Shown: piece after piece, positions 62,389-64,000 of the stretch | How the letters are laid out: each line of letters starts with the position of its first letter | Position numbering within the stretch: position 1 is the stretch's first letter | DNA from: Squalus acanthias | Lineage: Eukaryota | DNA: 64,000 nucleotides | Assembly (NCBI GenBank): GCA_030390025.1 | Contig: CM059432.1 | Coordinates: 60,452,001 to 60,516,000, forward strand | Direction: 5' to 3' | The notes under the pieces: generated by a model | Seen by the model: the letters and a program-made list of their open reading frames with translations, nothing else | Database searches by the model: none | Told to the model about the DNA's origin: nothing | Position numbers and translations under genes: made by a program

Positions 62389-64000
62389 TTCACCCCTCAA
62401 CCTCCTTTGCTCTAATGAAAACAAATTCAACTTCTCCAACCTGTCCTTGTCGCTAAGATCCCCCATCCTCGGAACCATTCTGGTAAATCTCGTCTGCACC
62501 CTCTCAAGGGCCTTCACATCTTTCCTAAAGTGTGGTGACCAGAACTGGACGCAATACTCCAGTTGTGGTCTAACCAGCGCTTTATAAAGGTTCAGCATAA
62601 CTTTTCTACTTTTGTACTCAATACCTCTATTTATGAAGCCTAAGATCCCATATGCTTTGTTAACCACTCTCTCAATATGTCCTGCCACCTTCAGGGACCT
62701 ATGGACATTAACTCCCAGGTCCCTCTGTCCCTGCACACTCTTTAAAACTGTGCCATTAAGTGTATGTTGCCTCTCCCTGTTCCTTCTGCCAAAATGCATC
62801 ACCTCACACTTCTCTGTATTAAATTCCATCTGTCACTTGTCTGCCCATTCTGCTAGCCTTTCTATGTCCTGTTGCAGTCGATTGGTATCATAATCACTGT
62901 TTGCCACACCCCCAAGTTTGGTGTCACGGCAAATTTAGAAATTCTACTCTGTATTCCAATATCCAGGTCATTTATATATATCAAAAAAAGCATGGCCCCA
63001 GCACTGACCCTTGGGGAACACCACTGTCTACCATCCTCCAGTCTGAAAAACAGCCATTTACCACAACTCATTTTTTTCTGTCCTTAAGCCAATTCCTTAT
63101 CCTAGCTGCCACTGACCCACCTATTCCACGAGCCTCAATTTTGTTAACCAGCCTTCTATGTGGTACTTTGTCAAACGCCTTCCGAAAATCTATGTAGACA
63201 ACATCCATTGCATTCCCTTCATCAATCTTCTCTGTTACTTCATCAAAAAATTCAATTAGATTAGTCAAACACGATCTGCCTTTTACAAATCCGTGTTGGC
63301 TCTCTTTAATAAGCTTAAACTTCTCCAAGCGCCTGTTAATTTTTTCCTTGATTATTGTTTCTAAAACTTTACCCACCACTGATGTTAAACTGACCGGCAT
63401 GTAGTTACTAGGATTGTCCTTACACCCTTTCTTGAACAATGGTGTCACATTTGCCACTTTCCAATCCTCAGGCACCTCCCCTGCATCTAGGTAAGATTGG
63501 AAAATTATGGCAAGCCCTTCTGCTATCTCCTCCCCCAATTCCCTTAGCAACCTGGGATGCAAGCCATCTGGACCAGGCGACTTGTCCACTCTAAGTATAC
63601 CCAGCCTTTCTGGTACATCCTGTCTATCAATTTTCACCCCTTCCATTGCTTATACCTTTTCCACTTCTACCGATATTTTGTCAGCATCCACCTCCTTAGT
63701 AAACACCAATACAATGTACTCATTGAGTATTCTAGCCTTGCCCTGTGACTCTAAGCATATATCACCTTCTTTGTCTCTAATAGGCCCCACCCTGCCTCTT
63801 ACTACCCGCTTACTGTTTACATGCCGGTAGAAAATTTTTGGGTTCCCTTTTATGTTAACCGCCATTCTACTCTCATATTCTCTCTTTGTCAATCTTACTT
63901 TGATCTTCACATCCCCTCTCAACTTATTGTATTTGGTCTGCTTCTTCCTTGAAGAATTCATCTGACATGCATCATACACCCGCTTTTTTTGTTTTATCAT

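Larger units (their letters stand above)
60685..64000 (-). mobile_element. CR1 LINE running off the window end, with MITE and PLE insertions
   Basis: RT motifs in ORFs 63068-63646 and 62350-62829; 3' UTR at ~60685. Confidence 0.88.

Overview
Eukaryotic, transposon-saturated intronic DNA, most likely from a cartilaginous fish. This is inferred from the repeat mix: CR1 and L2 LINEs, a Deu-domain tRNA-derived SINE, Penelope-like elements (PLEs) and PIF/Harbinger DNA transposons. Only two host exons are recognisable. Both are on the minus strand (51076-51279 and 16191-16411), join in phase, and encode a coiled-coil segment resembling vertebrate CCDC178. They are separated by a 34.7-kb intron, and almost everything else is nested TE debris. 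Main points of interest: (1) a structurally complete two-gene Harbinger element (31384-35518; HARBI1-like DDE transposase plus a convergent, spliced Myb/SANT gene) with three ~0.9-kb deletion derivatives sharing one breakpoint; (2) nine Harbinger insertions with readable 3-bp TSDs, none the classic TAA/TTA and all in a Y-NNN-R context; (3) minimal type I hammerhead ribozyme motifs in two PLE families, with the intact-core copies in the sense of the host gene; (4) a 974-aa in-frame chimeric CR1 ORF made by a CR1-into-CR1 insertion; (5) an unexplained higher-order tandem repeat. TE boundaries without TIR/TSD support are approximate. No database searches were run.
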